This document shows, one piece after another, positions 17,857 to 24,809 of a stretch of DNA of 24,809 bases. The position numbers were made by a program, and so were the translations under genes. Under the pieces are notes generated by a model. It was given only the letters and a program-made list of their open reading frames with translations, ran no database searches and was not told the DNA's origin. Each line of letters begins with the position of its first letter. Within the stretch, counting starts at the first letter, position 1. This DNA comes from a virus (lineage: Duplodnaviria; Caudoviricetes), in IMG/VR virus record IMGVR_UViG_3300008117_000878, positions 1 through 24,809 of that record. One strand, 5' to 3'.

Positions 17857-19740
17857 TTATCTCAATTCTCTTAAATCAAATGTACGAACTCCATCAACTG
17901 TGATACGTCCATAGAAACGGTTGTTAACCATTTTCTTAGCGTATCTAGTCATGATACCTTTGATAGGTGTGAAGTTGAATGGGTTATACATTGTAGGTGT
18001 TAATTGTAGAGGTACGTATGGAGCGTAGATGTATCCAGTGTCCAATAAAGAAGTACCTTTGTGACCCAACAAGATTTGGTTTGGTGGGAAGTAAGGATCT
18101 CTATACACTTGGTAACGACCAGCTAAAGTACCAACTCTTTCGATACCCATGTTGTATTGATCTTGCTCAGGTGAAGCGTTAGATACGTGGAAGTATTCTA
18201 AGTCATCAAAAATAGCTGAAACTTCAGAAGAAACAACGATCCAGTTAGCACCACCACGAAGAGTTGACTTGTGGATTTGAGCTGACAATTGGTTAATCGC
18301 TGTAATCAATGTTTGATTCCAGTCTTTTTGAGTGTAAGAAGTTACTTGTTGTACTCTTCTCCATCCGTTGTAATCCCAACGTAGGTTCCAAGCCGCACCT
18401 TTACGTAAGTCACGTAAGATTTCACGGTCGATTTCCGCAGCTACTTGTTCAGATAATAAAGCTGTTAATTCAGCTTCAGCGTCGATGTTGTGGAATGCCG
18501 CAACGTCTTGAGCTAATTCTGGAGACCATTGAGCTCTTAGTTTTCTTTCAGCGACAGAAACTGTAACAGATTCCAAGTCGAAAGAAACCTCACCAATTTG
18601 ATCTTCAAACTCCAAGTTTTTATAACGTCTCCAAACAGCTGTGATTGATTCGATGTCCACAGCTTCAACCGTTGTTGATCCTGTGTATCCATCTAATGAA
18701 GAATCACCACATGTAGCACAAGCTGGACAAGAAAGATCAACTTCTAAGTAGATACAACCAGCGTCATCACAAGTGTTGTTAAACGCACCACCGTTACCAT
18801 TTCCTGGATAATCAGTGTACTGTAGATTTGATGTAGGTTGAACGATACCCTTACCGTAGATTTGTGTTACCACACGGAACAATAAAGAGTTAGGACCATT
18901 TTGGTTAAACAATGGATTACAAGGTGAATTTTCAGTCAAGAAAGGTGTGTTAGCGTAAAGTCTTAAATCAGAAAGGAAAGTTTCTGAATCTACCTCATGA
19001 CCATCAGGACCAATTAATTTACCAATACCTGGAATAGATTTCCATCCACAAAGTTTAACAATAACTTTACGAAGGTTTGTTTGATCATCTAATTGACCAG
19101 CGTCAGCGTCTTCTAAACCAGAACCAACCCATACCTGCATTGTTGTGGTTTGTGAAACAGCTGTCCAAGAACCTTTAGAGTAATCAAATAATCCTGGAGG
19201 ATCTAATTCACCTTCAGAACCTTCATAAAATAAATCATAAAGATTTTTCTTGAATGGTTTGTTATTGATTCCTAAATATCCTGGGTATCCTTGTCCTGGA
19301 TCATTTTCACCTTTAGCTACCGCTTCTGGTGATCCGATTGGTGAATAATGTTCACCAAATCCAGTCCATCCATTAGCTGCACTTGGAGTATCTCCGGAAG
19401 CGTAACCTTGGATACGTGGAATAAAGTAGAACAATTTACCGATTGGTAAGTTCATAGCTTGTACCGATACGATATCGTTAGCCAATAATTTAGAGAATAC
19501 TCTTCTCACGATAGGGAAAACAACAGTTTCGAAAGCTCCGTTTGAACCTTCAGAAGTTGCTTCGTTAATTAGGAAAGACGCTTGGTTCTCATATAACTGA
19601 GCTACGTTTTCTTTTAAGTGTCCTTTAAGACCCTCTAGGAACCCTAATCTGTCCCATTTGTTTATTGTGTCTTCTTTGATAACTTTAAGGTGTTTTAACC
19701 CGATGTTACCTACAAGACCTGATTCTAATAATGCTCCCAT
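17857..19740 (-). CDS. Major capsid protein (T4 gp23-like)
   Basis: LYENQ, PIVRRVF, DIVSVQAMNLPIGKLFY, RKLRAQWSPELAQD..AFH.IDAEAEL, EIDREIL, GYIYAPYVPL and GIMTRY motifs. Confidence 0.97.
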   Translation of the reverse strand: MGALLESGLVGNIGLKHLKVIKEDTINKWDRLGFLEGLKGHLKENVAQLYENQASFLINEATSEGSNGAFETVVFPIVRRVFSKLLANDIVSVQAMNLPIGKLFYFIPRIQGYASGDTPSAANGWTGFGEHYSPIGSPEAVAKGENDPGQGYPGYLGINNKPFKKNLYDLFYEGSEGELDPPGLFDYSKGSWTAVSQTTTMQVWVGSGLEDADAGQLDDQTNLRKVIVKLCGWKSIPGIGKLIGPDGHEVDSETFLSDLRLYANTPFLTENSPCNPLFNQNGPNSLLFRVVTQIYGKGIVQPTSNLQYTDYPGNGNGGAFNNTCDDAGCIYLEVDLSCPACATCGDSSLDGYTGSTTVEAVDIESITAVWRRYKNLEFEDQIGEVSFDLESVTVSVAERKLRAQWSPELAQDVAAFHNIDAEAELTALLSEQVAAEIDREILRDLRKGAAWNLRWDYNGWRRVQQVTSYTQKDWNQTLITAINQLSAQIHKSTLRGGANWIVVSSEVSAIFDDLEYFHVSNASPEQDQYNMGIERVGTLAGRYQVYRDPYFPPNQILLGHKGTSLLDTGYIYAPYVPLQLTPTMYNPFNFTPIKGIMTRYAKKMVNNRFYGRITVDGVRTFDLRELR

Positions 19741-19768
19741 TTTTTTAGGTTTTTATTTTTAGGTTTAT

Positions 19769-21313
19769 TTATTTTATTTTTGTCATTAAGTCTTTCATTC
19801 TTAAAAACTGAGGATTCTCATAAGTTTTAGATTCAATTAGATTAACAGCTGAACCATTTGTTGGTGCTTTAGATACTGTTCTCTCGATTGATTCTGTAAT
19901 ATTACCAGATTCAGTTTTTCCTTCTGAAAGTTCTCCTTTAATTGACTGATAAAGATTCTTAGATTCTTTTAAAGTATCGACATTGTCAAATCTTTTAAGA
20001 ATATTAAGTTTCTCTTGTTTAGTTGTTGAATGTTCCGTAAATAATCGTGTAGCGTAAGCTAAGTTAGAATTAAATACAGCCACTTCATTTAGTTTATTTC
20101 TAAAAAGATCCAAAGCTTTTCTATACTCCTCATTCTTATTTCTTAAAACGTGAAGTTCCTCAGTACTTTCTTTTCTTAGGTGTCTTGGAGCTGCTTTTGG
20201 TTTATCTAACCCCATTCTTCCAAATCTTTTCCCATTACCAAGAGTTCTAGAAGCTTCTTTTGTTTCTTTTTTCTTAGATAGTGGTTTTAATTTACCATCA
20301 GAATTAACTTCCTCTTTATACTCAAATTTAGCTTTACCAGTAAATTTGTGTTTAGGACCTTCTTTCATGTCTTCATCAAAACCTTTGTCTAAGTTTGGTC
20401 GTTTACCATATTTGAATTTTGATGGTGACCCCATACCCATACCTTTAGCTTTAAACGATTTAGACTCACGAACTACCTCATCGTCATCAAAATCAATCTC
20501 ATCAAAATCAATCTCATCTGAATCATCATCAAAATCATCTGAATCAACGTTCATTTCAATTTCATAGATTGTATCATCCGGATTATAAGCTCCAGATTCC
20601 TCATCGTCCATTTCATAAACCATAGGATCTCCTTCATTTAGATCATCATAATCATCTACCTCATAAACCATAGGGTCTGATTCATATAAGTCATGACCCA
20701 TATAATCATACTCGTCAAGTTCAAGATCATCTAAATCCATTTCGAATTTTTTAGATCCGTGACCGTGGTCCCTGTGTCTTTTAGCTTTTACTGGGATTTC
20801 GAAATCATCTTCAAAATCGTCGTCTTCATATTCAAAATCTCTCATGGACTCGTTTAATTTAATTAAATACTCATTATCATCATCTGTTAAATGAATCATG
20901 TTATCGTCTTTTTTAACGATAATTCCATCTTCATCACTCATAGCTTTGAACACCTTAAGAACTTCTTCTGGTGAAGCGTCAGTCATGTCAATAGTTTCGT
21001 CATCATCCATCATGTCATCATCAGCCATCATGTCATCATCAGCCATCATGTCATCATCAGCCATCATGTCATCATCAGCCATCATGTCATCATCACCTAG
21101 ATCCTGAGTGTCGTCCATAGGTTCTGCAACCCCTTCTACTTCGTCTTCGTCATCAATCGCTGGTTCACTTTGTTCCATTAACGATTCTTTTACTAAAGAT
21201 TTGATTTCTTCCTTCATTGTTGATTGAAGTATTCCTTGTGCGTTCTCTTTAATAACGTTTTCCAGATTATTAATCTGAAATAGTGTATCCTCTACTAAAG
21301 AATTTTTTTTCAT
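19769..21313 (-). CDS. Prohead scaffold/core protein (gp22-like position)
   Basis: Directly upstream of the capsid gene. Very acidic, with many (L/I/V)xE sites and a C-terminal coiled coil (KLNEVAVFNSNLAY...KRFD). Confidence 0.75.
   Translation of the reverse strand: MKKNSLVEDTLFQINNLENVIKENAQGILQSTMKEEIKSLVKESLMEQSEPAIDDEDEVEGVAEPMDDTQDLGDDDMMADDDMMADDDMMADDDMMADDDMMDDDETIDMTDASPEEVLKVFKAMSDEDGIIVKKDDNMIHLTDDDNEYLIKLNESMRDFEYEDDDFEDDFEIPVKAKRHRDHGHGSKKFEMDLDDLELDEYDYMGHDLYESDPMVYEVDDYDDLNEGDPMVYEMDDEESGAYNPDDTIYEIEMNVDSDDFDDDSDEIDFDEIDFDDDEVVRESKSFKAKGMGMGSPSKFKYGKRPNLDKGFDEDMKEGPKHKFTGKAKFEYKEEVNSDGKLKPLSKKKETKEASRTLGNGKRFGRMGLDKPKAAPRHLRKESTEELHVLRNKNEEYRKALDLFRNKLNEVAVFNSNLAYATRLFTEHSTTKQEKLNILKRFDNVDTLKESKNLYQSIKGELSEGKTESGNITESIERTVSKAPTNGSAVNLIESKTYENPQFLRMKDLMTKIK
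21007..21095 (-). repeat. 18-bp tandem repeat x5 encoding (A/G)DDDMM
   Basis: ccatcatgtcatcatcag at 21007, 21025, 21043, 21061 and 21079 (last copy has 1 mismatch). Confidence 0.95.
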
Positions 21314-21331
21314 TTATTGTTTTGTTTCCAT

Positions 21332-21339
21332 ATAAATAG
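21332..21339 (-). promoter_or_regulatory. CTATTTAT motif, putative phage late promoter for scaffold-capsid
   Basis: Lies 18 nt before the - strand ATG at 21313, just downstream of a terminator. Confidence 0.55.
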
Positions 21340-21379
21340 TATTGAAATCAAAAAAATTCAATTAATTCGGTTTTTAAGT

Positions 21380-21410
21380 AAAAAAAAATGGGGACACAAA
21401 TGTATCCCCA
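21380..21410 (-). terminator. Intrinsic terminator
   Basis: On the - strand, UGGGGAUAC-AUUU-GUGUCCCCA (one G:U pair) is followed by U9. Confidence 0.8.
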
Positions 21411-21439
21411 CCTTTTAAAAAATATTAAATTATTTTTTT

Positions 21440-21655
21440 TTATTCGATAACCTCATCAATTTTACTTTCAGTTATTGATGTGATTCTCCAGTCCATCGTA
21501 TAATTCTCATATACTTTTGTTACTTTAGCTTCCACGTCAGTTGGACTATACCCCAATACTAACTTCTCTTCTTTTACTTTTCTAACTTTACCAGTCTCAC
21601 TATCCAATAAGTCGGAAGTGATTTTGGTCACAAAATACATTTGTCCTTGTTCCAT
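21440..21655 (-). CDS. DUF4494-like small protein
   Basis: YF..KI......GK..KVKE..LV...S.TDVEAKV.......WRITSI.ESKI.EV resembles the Bacteroidota DUF4494 pattern. Confidence 0.6.
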   Translation of the reverse strand: MEQGQMYFVTKITSDLLDSETGKVRKVKEEKLVLGYSPTDVEAKVTKVYENYTMDWRITSITESKIDEVIE

Positions 21656-21701
21656 AATTTTATTAATTTATTAATTTAGAACAAAAATAAAACTTATTTT
21701 T

Positions 21702-22427
21702 TTATTTGTCAAGAAATGAAGATAATTTATCCATTAAACTTTTTGTTTTGTCTATAGATGATGATTCTACTCCGGTAGCTCTTTCTATATTCATTTTCTT
21801 TTCCTCATCTAAATTTTCTTCATATTTAGATCGATCATCTTTATTTAAAAATAGATAAGCTCCTGGGGTTGACGGTGATGAAACTAAGTCAAAACAAATT
21901 AATTCAAAATCATCCTGAACTTCGTTTCTGTCCCCCACCTTTTTTAAGGAACCAACACCTCTAGATGAAATACCAAGTGTAACCCCTTGTCTAAGGTAGT
22001 TAGCCGCTATATCACCTTTTGTTGAACATATCCCACTCTCATGAAACCCAGGACTAGTTAGTAATCTTAGTTTACCAAGTAATACCGGACCATCCCACCA
22101 TATGTCTGTAATGATGTGTGACGCACGATCTAAATCTATAAGAGATGACTCTGGGTGATTTAACTCAGATAACGAAATACCCTTATCAATCATCTTTTTG
22201 TAATTATCCGATTCCCTCATCAATATGTTCTTAGGGTATACACGTCCATTTCTATTTGGTGTGTCATACTTCTGGAGTACAGCGTAGAACTCAAATGGTT
22301 TTGAATGGTCCATAAAACTTTTGGATTCCATTATATAGTGGTTGTTTTCCGACTTAGTATTTATATACCCAGCGTCGTACTCAATTAGAATACCCTTACC
22401 GGTTTCATTAGGTGCTAATATTTTCAT
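21702..22427 (-). CDS. Prohead core protease (T4 gp21-like)
   Basis: NRNGRVYP, ELNHPE, SH.I, LGISSRGVGS and FDLVSSPSTPGAY motifs. Confidence 0.95.
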   Translation of the reverse strand: MKILAPNETGKGILIEYDAGYINTKSENNHYIMESKSFMDHSKPFEFYAVLQKYDTPNRNGRVYPKNILMRESDNYKKMIDKGISLSELNHPESSLIDLDRASHIITDIWWDGPVLLGKLRLLTSPGFHESGICSTKGDIAANYLRQGVTLGISSRGVGSLKKVGDRNEVQDDFELICFDLVSSPSTPGAYLFLNKDDRSKYEENLDEEKKMNIERATGVESSSIDKTKSLMDKLSSFLDK

Positions 22428-22441
22428 TTCGAAGTTTTATA

Positions 22442-22449
22442 ATAAATAT
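22442..22449 (-). promoter_or_regulatory. ATATTTAT motif, putative phage late promoter
   Basis: Lies 14 nt before the - strand ATG at 22427. Confidence 0.55.
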
Positions 22450-22916
22450 TAAACTTTTTCTGTTTTTATCTTAACCTCTTTATAATTTCCATTTTTGGTT
22501 AGATAAAAATCAAAATGTGTGTTATTATTTAAAACCTCAGAATATATTCTTTTAAGTAAATTTTTTAATGATTTTTTTATTTCGTTTGATTTAAAATCCA
22601 TATTTTCCGTTAAATATAGATTTATTTCTAGATTCATAAATGATTTTTTATTAATCTGAATCCCACTAGATCTTAAATCAAGATCAACAATGTAATTTTT
22701 ATTGAATAATGATGTATCTAAATTATTATATATTGAATGTTTAACTGATCTACTCATGTTCATGATGACTCTAGGCCAGTTTTCAGACTCGTATTTGGGT
22801 TCAACCCAGGTCTGTAAATTTAGATATAAAGATTTTAAATTTTTTGAGTCAACAGTTCCGTATAAAACTTTTGAATTTTTAAAACCATCTATTTTTGACG
22901 TTTTTCCTTTTTTCAT
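22449..22916 (-). CDS. Hypothetical phage protein (155 aa)
   Basis: ORF between bS21 and the prohead protease; no family recognised. Confidence 0.8.
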   Translation of the reverse strand: MKKGKTSKIDGFKNSKVLYGTVDSKNLKSLYLNLQTWVEPKYESENWPRVIMNMSRSVKHSIYNNLDTSLFNKNYIVDLDLRSSGIQINKKSFMNLEINLYLTENMDFKSNEIKKSLKNLLKRIYSEVLNNNTHFDFYLTKNGNYKEVKIKTEKV

Positions 22917-23006
22917 TTCTATTTTTCATAGTATATTTGTTTATTTTTTAATAAGTTTACGAAAAATTTGTATATATATCAATATAATAAACATTTAATT
23001 TGAATT

Positions 23007-23192
23007 ATGTTAATAGTTAAGGTAAGAAAAAATGAAATTGAGAAAGCTCTTAAAGAATTGAAGAGTAAGGTAATTAAAACAAGACAGAATAGTTTTCTAA
23101 ATGATCGAAAAGAATACAAAAAAAAATCTGTCGTAAAAAGACAGATTTTAAATAAAGCTATATACAGAGAAAAATTTAAAAACAAAAATTAA
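23007..23192 (+). CDS. rpsU: Phage-encoded 30S ribosomal protein bS21
   Basis: 61 aa, basic: MLIVKV...IEKALK.LK.K..KT.....L..RKEY.K.SV.KR....KAIY, the Bacteroidia-type bS21 pattern. Confidence 0.9.
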   Translation: MLIVKVRKNEIEKALKELKSKVIKTRQNSFLNDRKEYKKKSVVKRQILNKAIYREKFKNKN

Positions 23193-23905
23193 AGATCCTC
23201 ATTTAGTCTTTTTAATTTAACGTAAGATACTTTTGAAAAGTCCTCACCCTCAATTTTAGATATTGTCTCGTCAATGGTTTTTATCACATCAGTGTTTGAC
23301 TCCGACAATTTTAACTTATTTAATCTGTTAATTGAATTTTCTTTTATAAAGTTAAACTCAACCATTAATTTATTCTCATCCTCACTTATTAATTTTTTAA
23401 CTTCATTTTTTTCTGATTCAGATAATGTGTCTAGATAATCGTTAACAGTTTTGTTAGCTATGTTCATTAAATTAGATAAAGTTACATTAGGTTTTGATTC
23501 AGTTATATTTTGAGTATCCATTAAATTTGTTAAAATATTTTTTTTACTTTTAACTTTTTCCTCAAGTTTTGTGACGTTAGTGGTAAAAAGGTTGTCAATA
23601 TCAACATATCTATTTTCCGATTTTAAATGTCCAATCCACATGTTGATTTCATCCAAGTCTGACTTTGTTATATTTTTTTTAATTGATTTAAATTCGGAAA
23701 TACTTTCAGTTATAAAATCATTACCAACAGATTCTGATAAACCTTTTTTTGATGATAATTCATCATACATTAGGTACAACTTACTTAAATTTTTATTATT
23801 TAAAATTAATTGTTCGAAAACAAATAAATCCTTCTTCATTGTGTTATTGACATATGAGTGAACCAGTTTGTCCTCAATTTTTGTTTTTAATATACCAAAT
23901 TCCAT
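23189..23905 (-). CDS. Hypothetical helical protein downstream of the portal (238 aa)
   Basis: Long ORF in the head module, preceded by the late motif; contains ITES/LSES sites. Confidence 0.8.
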   Translation of the reverse strand: MEFGILKTKIEDKLVHSYVNNTMKKDLFVFEQLILNNKNLSKLYLMYDELSSKKGLSESVGNDFITESISEFKSIKKNITKSDLDEINMWIGHLKSENRYVDIDNLFTTNVTKLEEKVKSKKNILTNLMDTQNITESKPNVTLSNLMNIANKTVNDYLDTLSESEKNEVKKLISEDENKLMVEFNFIKENSINRLNKLKLSESNTDVIKTIDETISKIEGEDFSKVSYVKLKRLNEDL

Positions 23906-23918
23906 GATCTTTTTTAGT

Positions 23919-23926
23919 ATAAATAT
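23919..23926 (-). promoter_or_regulatory. ATATTTAT motif, putative phage late promoter
   Basis: Lies 13 nt before the - strand ATG at 23905. Confidence 0.55.
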
Positions 23927-24809
23927 TACCCATTTAACAATTTATCTAACTCTTCCGAAATTTCACCCAAAGAATTATTTTTATTGTGGTTAAAATACTC
24001 ATCAAACGTTGTGTTATTATCCTCGAATAATAAACCTAATTTTCTTGGTGTTACCTCATCAGCTAACGGTTCTTCAGGTCCTGGAGGTGGTGGAGGTGGT
24101 GGTGGAGCTCCCCCACCTGGTGGAGGTGGTGATGATGGTCCACCAGCTGTTGGTGTTGTTGGTTGTGTACTACCGGTTACCGTTTTATATAACCTATCTA
24201 CGTTATCGAATATTCCAGTTCTGGTAATAACCGTCGCGGTATTATCAAGTTCAGCTGAAATAGCTCTCTCCATTCTAATTTGATTAATGTCAAGTTTAAT
24301 ATCCTCATCAGACATACCAAGAATATGTTTCTTAGCCCATGTCGCTGATGTTGGTTGTATTGACTTAGGTATTTCACCCACACAATCTTTATAAAGTAAC
24401 ATTTTTTCTTTCCAAACCTCAACCATTAACAAGTCAGCTTGTTTAGATGGGTTTGTTAACCCTAATGTAAAGTTTTGTAATTCATCCTCAAATCCCATTA
24501 GGAATAAGTGAATAATAGCGATTTTATTTAATTCAGCTAAAATACTTTTTTGTATTTTATTTATTGTTCTAGCAAATCTAATATCCAGTAACGATAAATT
24601 TTTACCATCACCAACGACCTCCTCAAAACCTAAATAAGCTTTTGGTATTCTTAAAGCGGTAACCAATTTCTTTTGGATATACTCAATATCCGCGATTTCA
24701 GATAGGTTTGTACCACCTGGTAATGTTTCTATCGGCATTGTTTGGGCTGGATCTCTAACAGGAATAAAATAATCCTGATCGACCGCCATCTGATTAAATC
24801 GTAAGTCAA
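23926..24809 (-). CDS. Portal protein (T4 gp20-like), 5'-truncated by the window edge
   Basis: QDYFIPVR...IETLPGGTNLSEIADIEYIQKKL..AL.IPKAYL...DIRFARTI..IQ matches gp20. The frame stays open (DLRFNQ) to the window end. Confidence 0.92.
   Translation of the reverse strand, partial: DLRFNQMAVDQDYFIPVRDPAQTMPIETLPGGTNLSEIADIEYIQKKLVTALRIPKAYLGFEEVVGDGKNLSLLDIRFARTINKIQKSILAELNKIAIIHLFLMGFEDELQNFTLGLTNPSKQADLLMVEVWKEKMLLYKDCVGEIPKSIQPTSATWAKKHILGMSDEDIKLDINQIRMERAISAELDNTATVITRTGIFDNVDRLYKTVTGSTQPTTPTAGGPSSPPPPGGGAPPPPPPPPGPEEPLADEVTPRKLGLLFEDNNTTFDEYFNHNKNNSLGEISEELDKLLNG

Larger units (their letters stand above)
1..24809. mobile_element. Segment of a large T4-like tailed phage genome (probable Bacteroidota host)
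   Basis: Portal, prohead protease, scaffold and gp23-like capsid lie in T4 order, with PhoH, a gp55-like sigma and a gp5-like spike. Coding is dense and AT-rich, with no host housekeeping operons. Confidence 0.93.

Noticed and set aside
21007-21095. 18-bp repeats as a CRISPR array
   Set aside because: The units are contiguous with no spacers, lie in frame within the scaffold gene, and no cas genes are present.
20346-21107. Ser-rich + strand ORFs (SSSAIM repeats)
   Set aside because: They are antisense read-outs of Asp-rich scaffold codons.
22702-23185. ORFs 22702-22998 (+) and 22979-23185 (-)
   Set aside because: They are antisense shadows of the 155-aa gene and of bS21.
23984-24422. Alternative ORFs over the portal (Gly-rich 99 aa, 72 aa, 74 aa)
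   Set aside because: They are shadow frames of the GC-rich poly-Pro region and portal coding sequence.
1-24809. Stop-codon reassignment as in some large Bacteroidota phages
   Set aside because: Genes are long and intact in the standard code, TAG and TGA end genes at tight junctions (6620, 873, 8372), and the broken genes involve frame changes rather than in-frame stops.

Overview
AT-rich segment of a large T4-like (Caudoviricetes) phage genome, most likely infecting Bacteroidota. The host inference rests on a Bacteroidia-type bS21, a TTTG-N19-TAnnTTTG promoter, a T9SS-cargo-like gene, a DUF4494-like gene and AT-rich translation starts without obvious Shine-Dalgarno sites. The + strand block (136-15314) carries PhoH, a degenerate HAD nucleotidase, two glycosyltransferases, a gp55-like late sigma factor, a gp5-like baseplate spike, and two paralogous cysteine-rich modular proteins that share a near-identical 34-aa C-terminal tag. 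The - strand block (15282-24809) is the head module: portal (truncated by the window edge), prohead protease, acidic scaffold and major capsid protein. An opposite-strand rpsU (bS21) sits inside it, and a frameshifted secreted CUB-domain gene follows the capsid gene. A motif (A/C)TATTTAT, the reverse complement of the T4 late promoter core, sits 4-20 nt upstream of seven genes on their coding strand. Four local lesions may be assembly artefacts: a 74-bp duplication at the window start, a probable in-frame deletion in the GT2, a deletion/frameshift at ~14243 and a frameshift at ~17464. No tRNA, rRNA or CRISPR array was seen. All family calls come from motif recognition by eye, not database searches.
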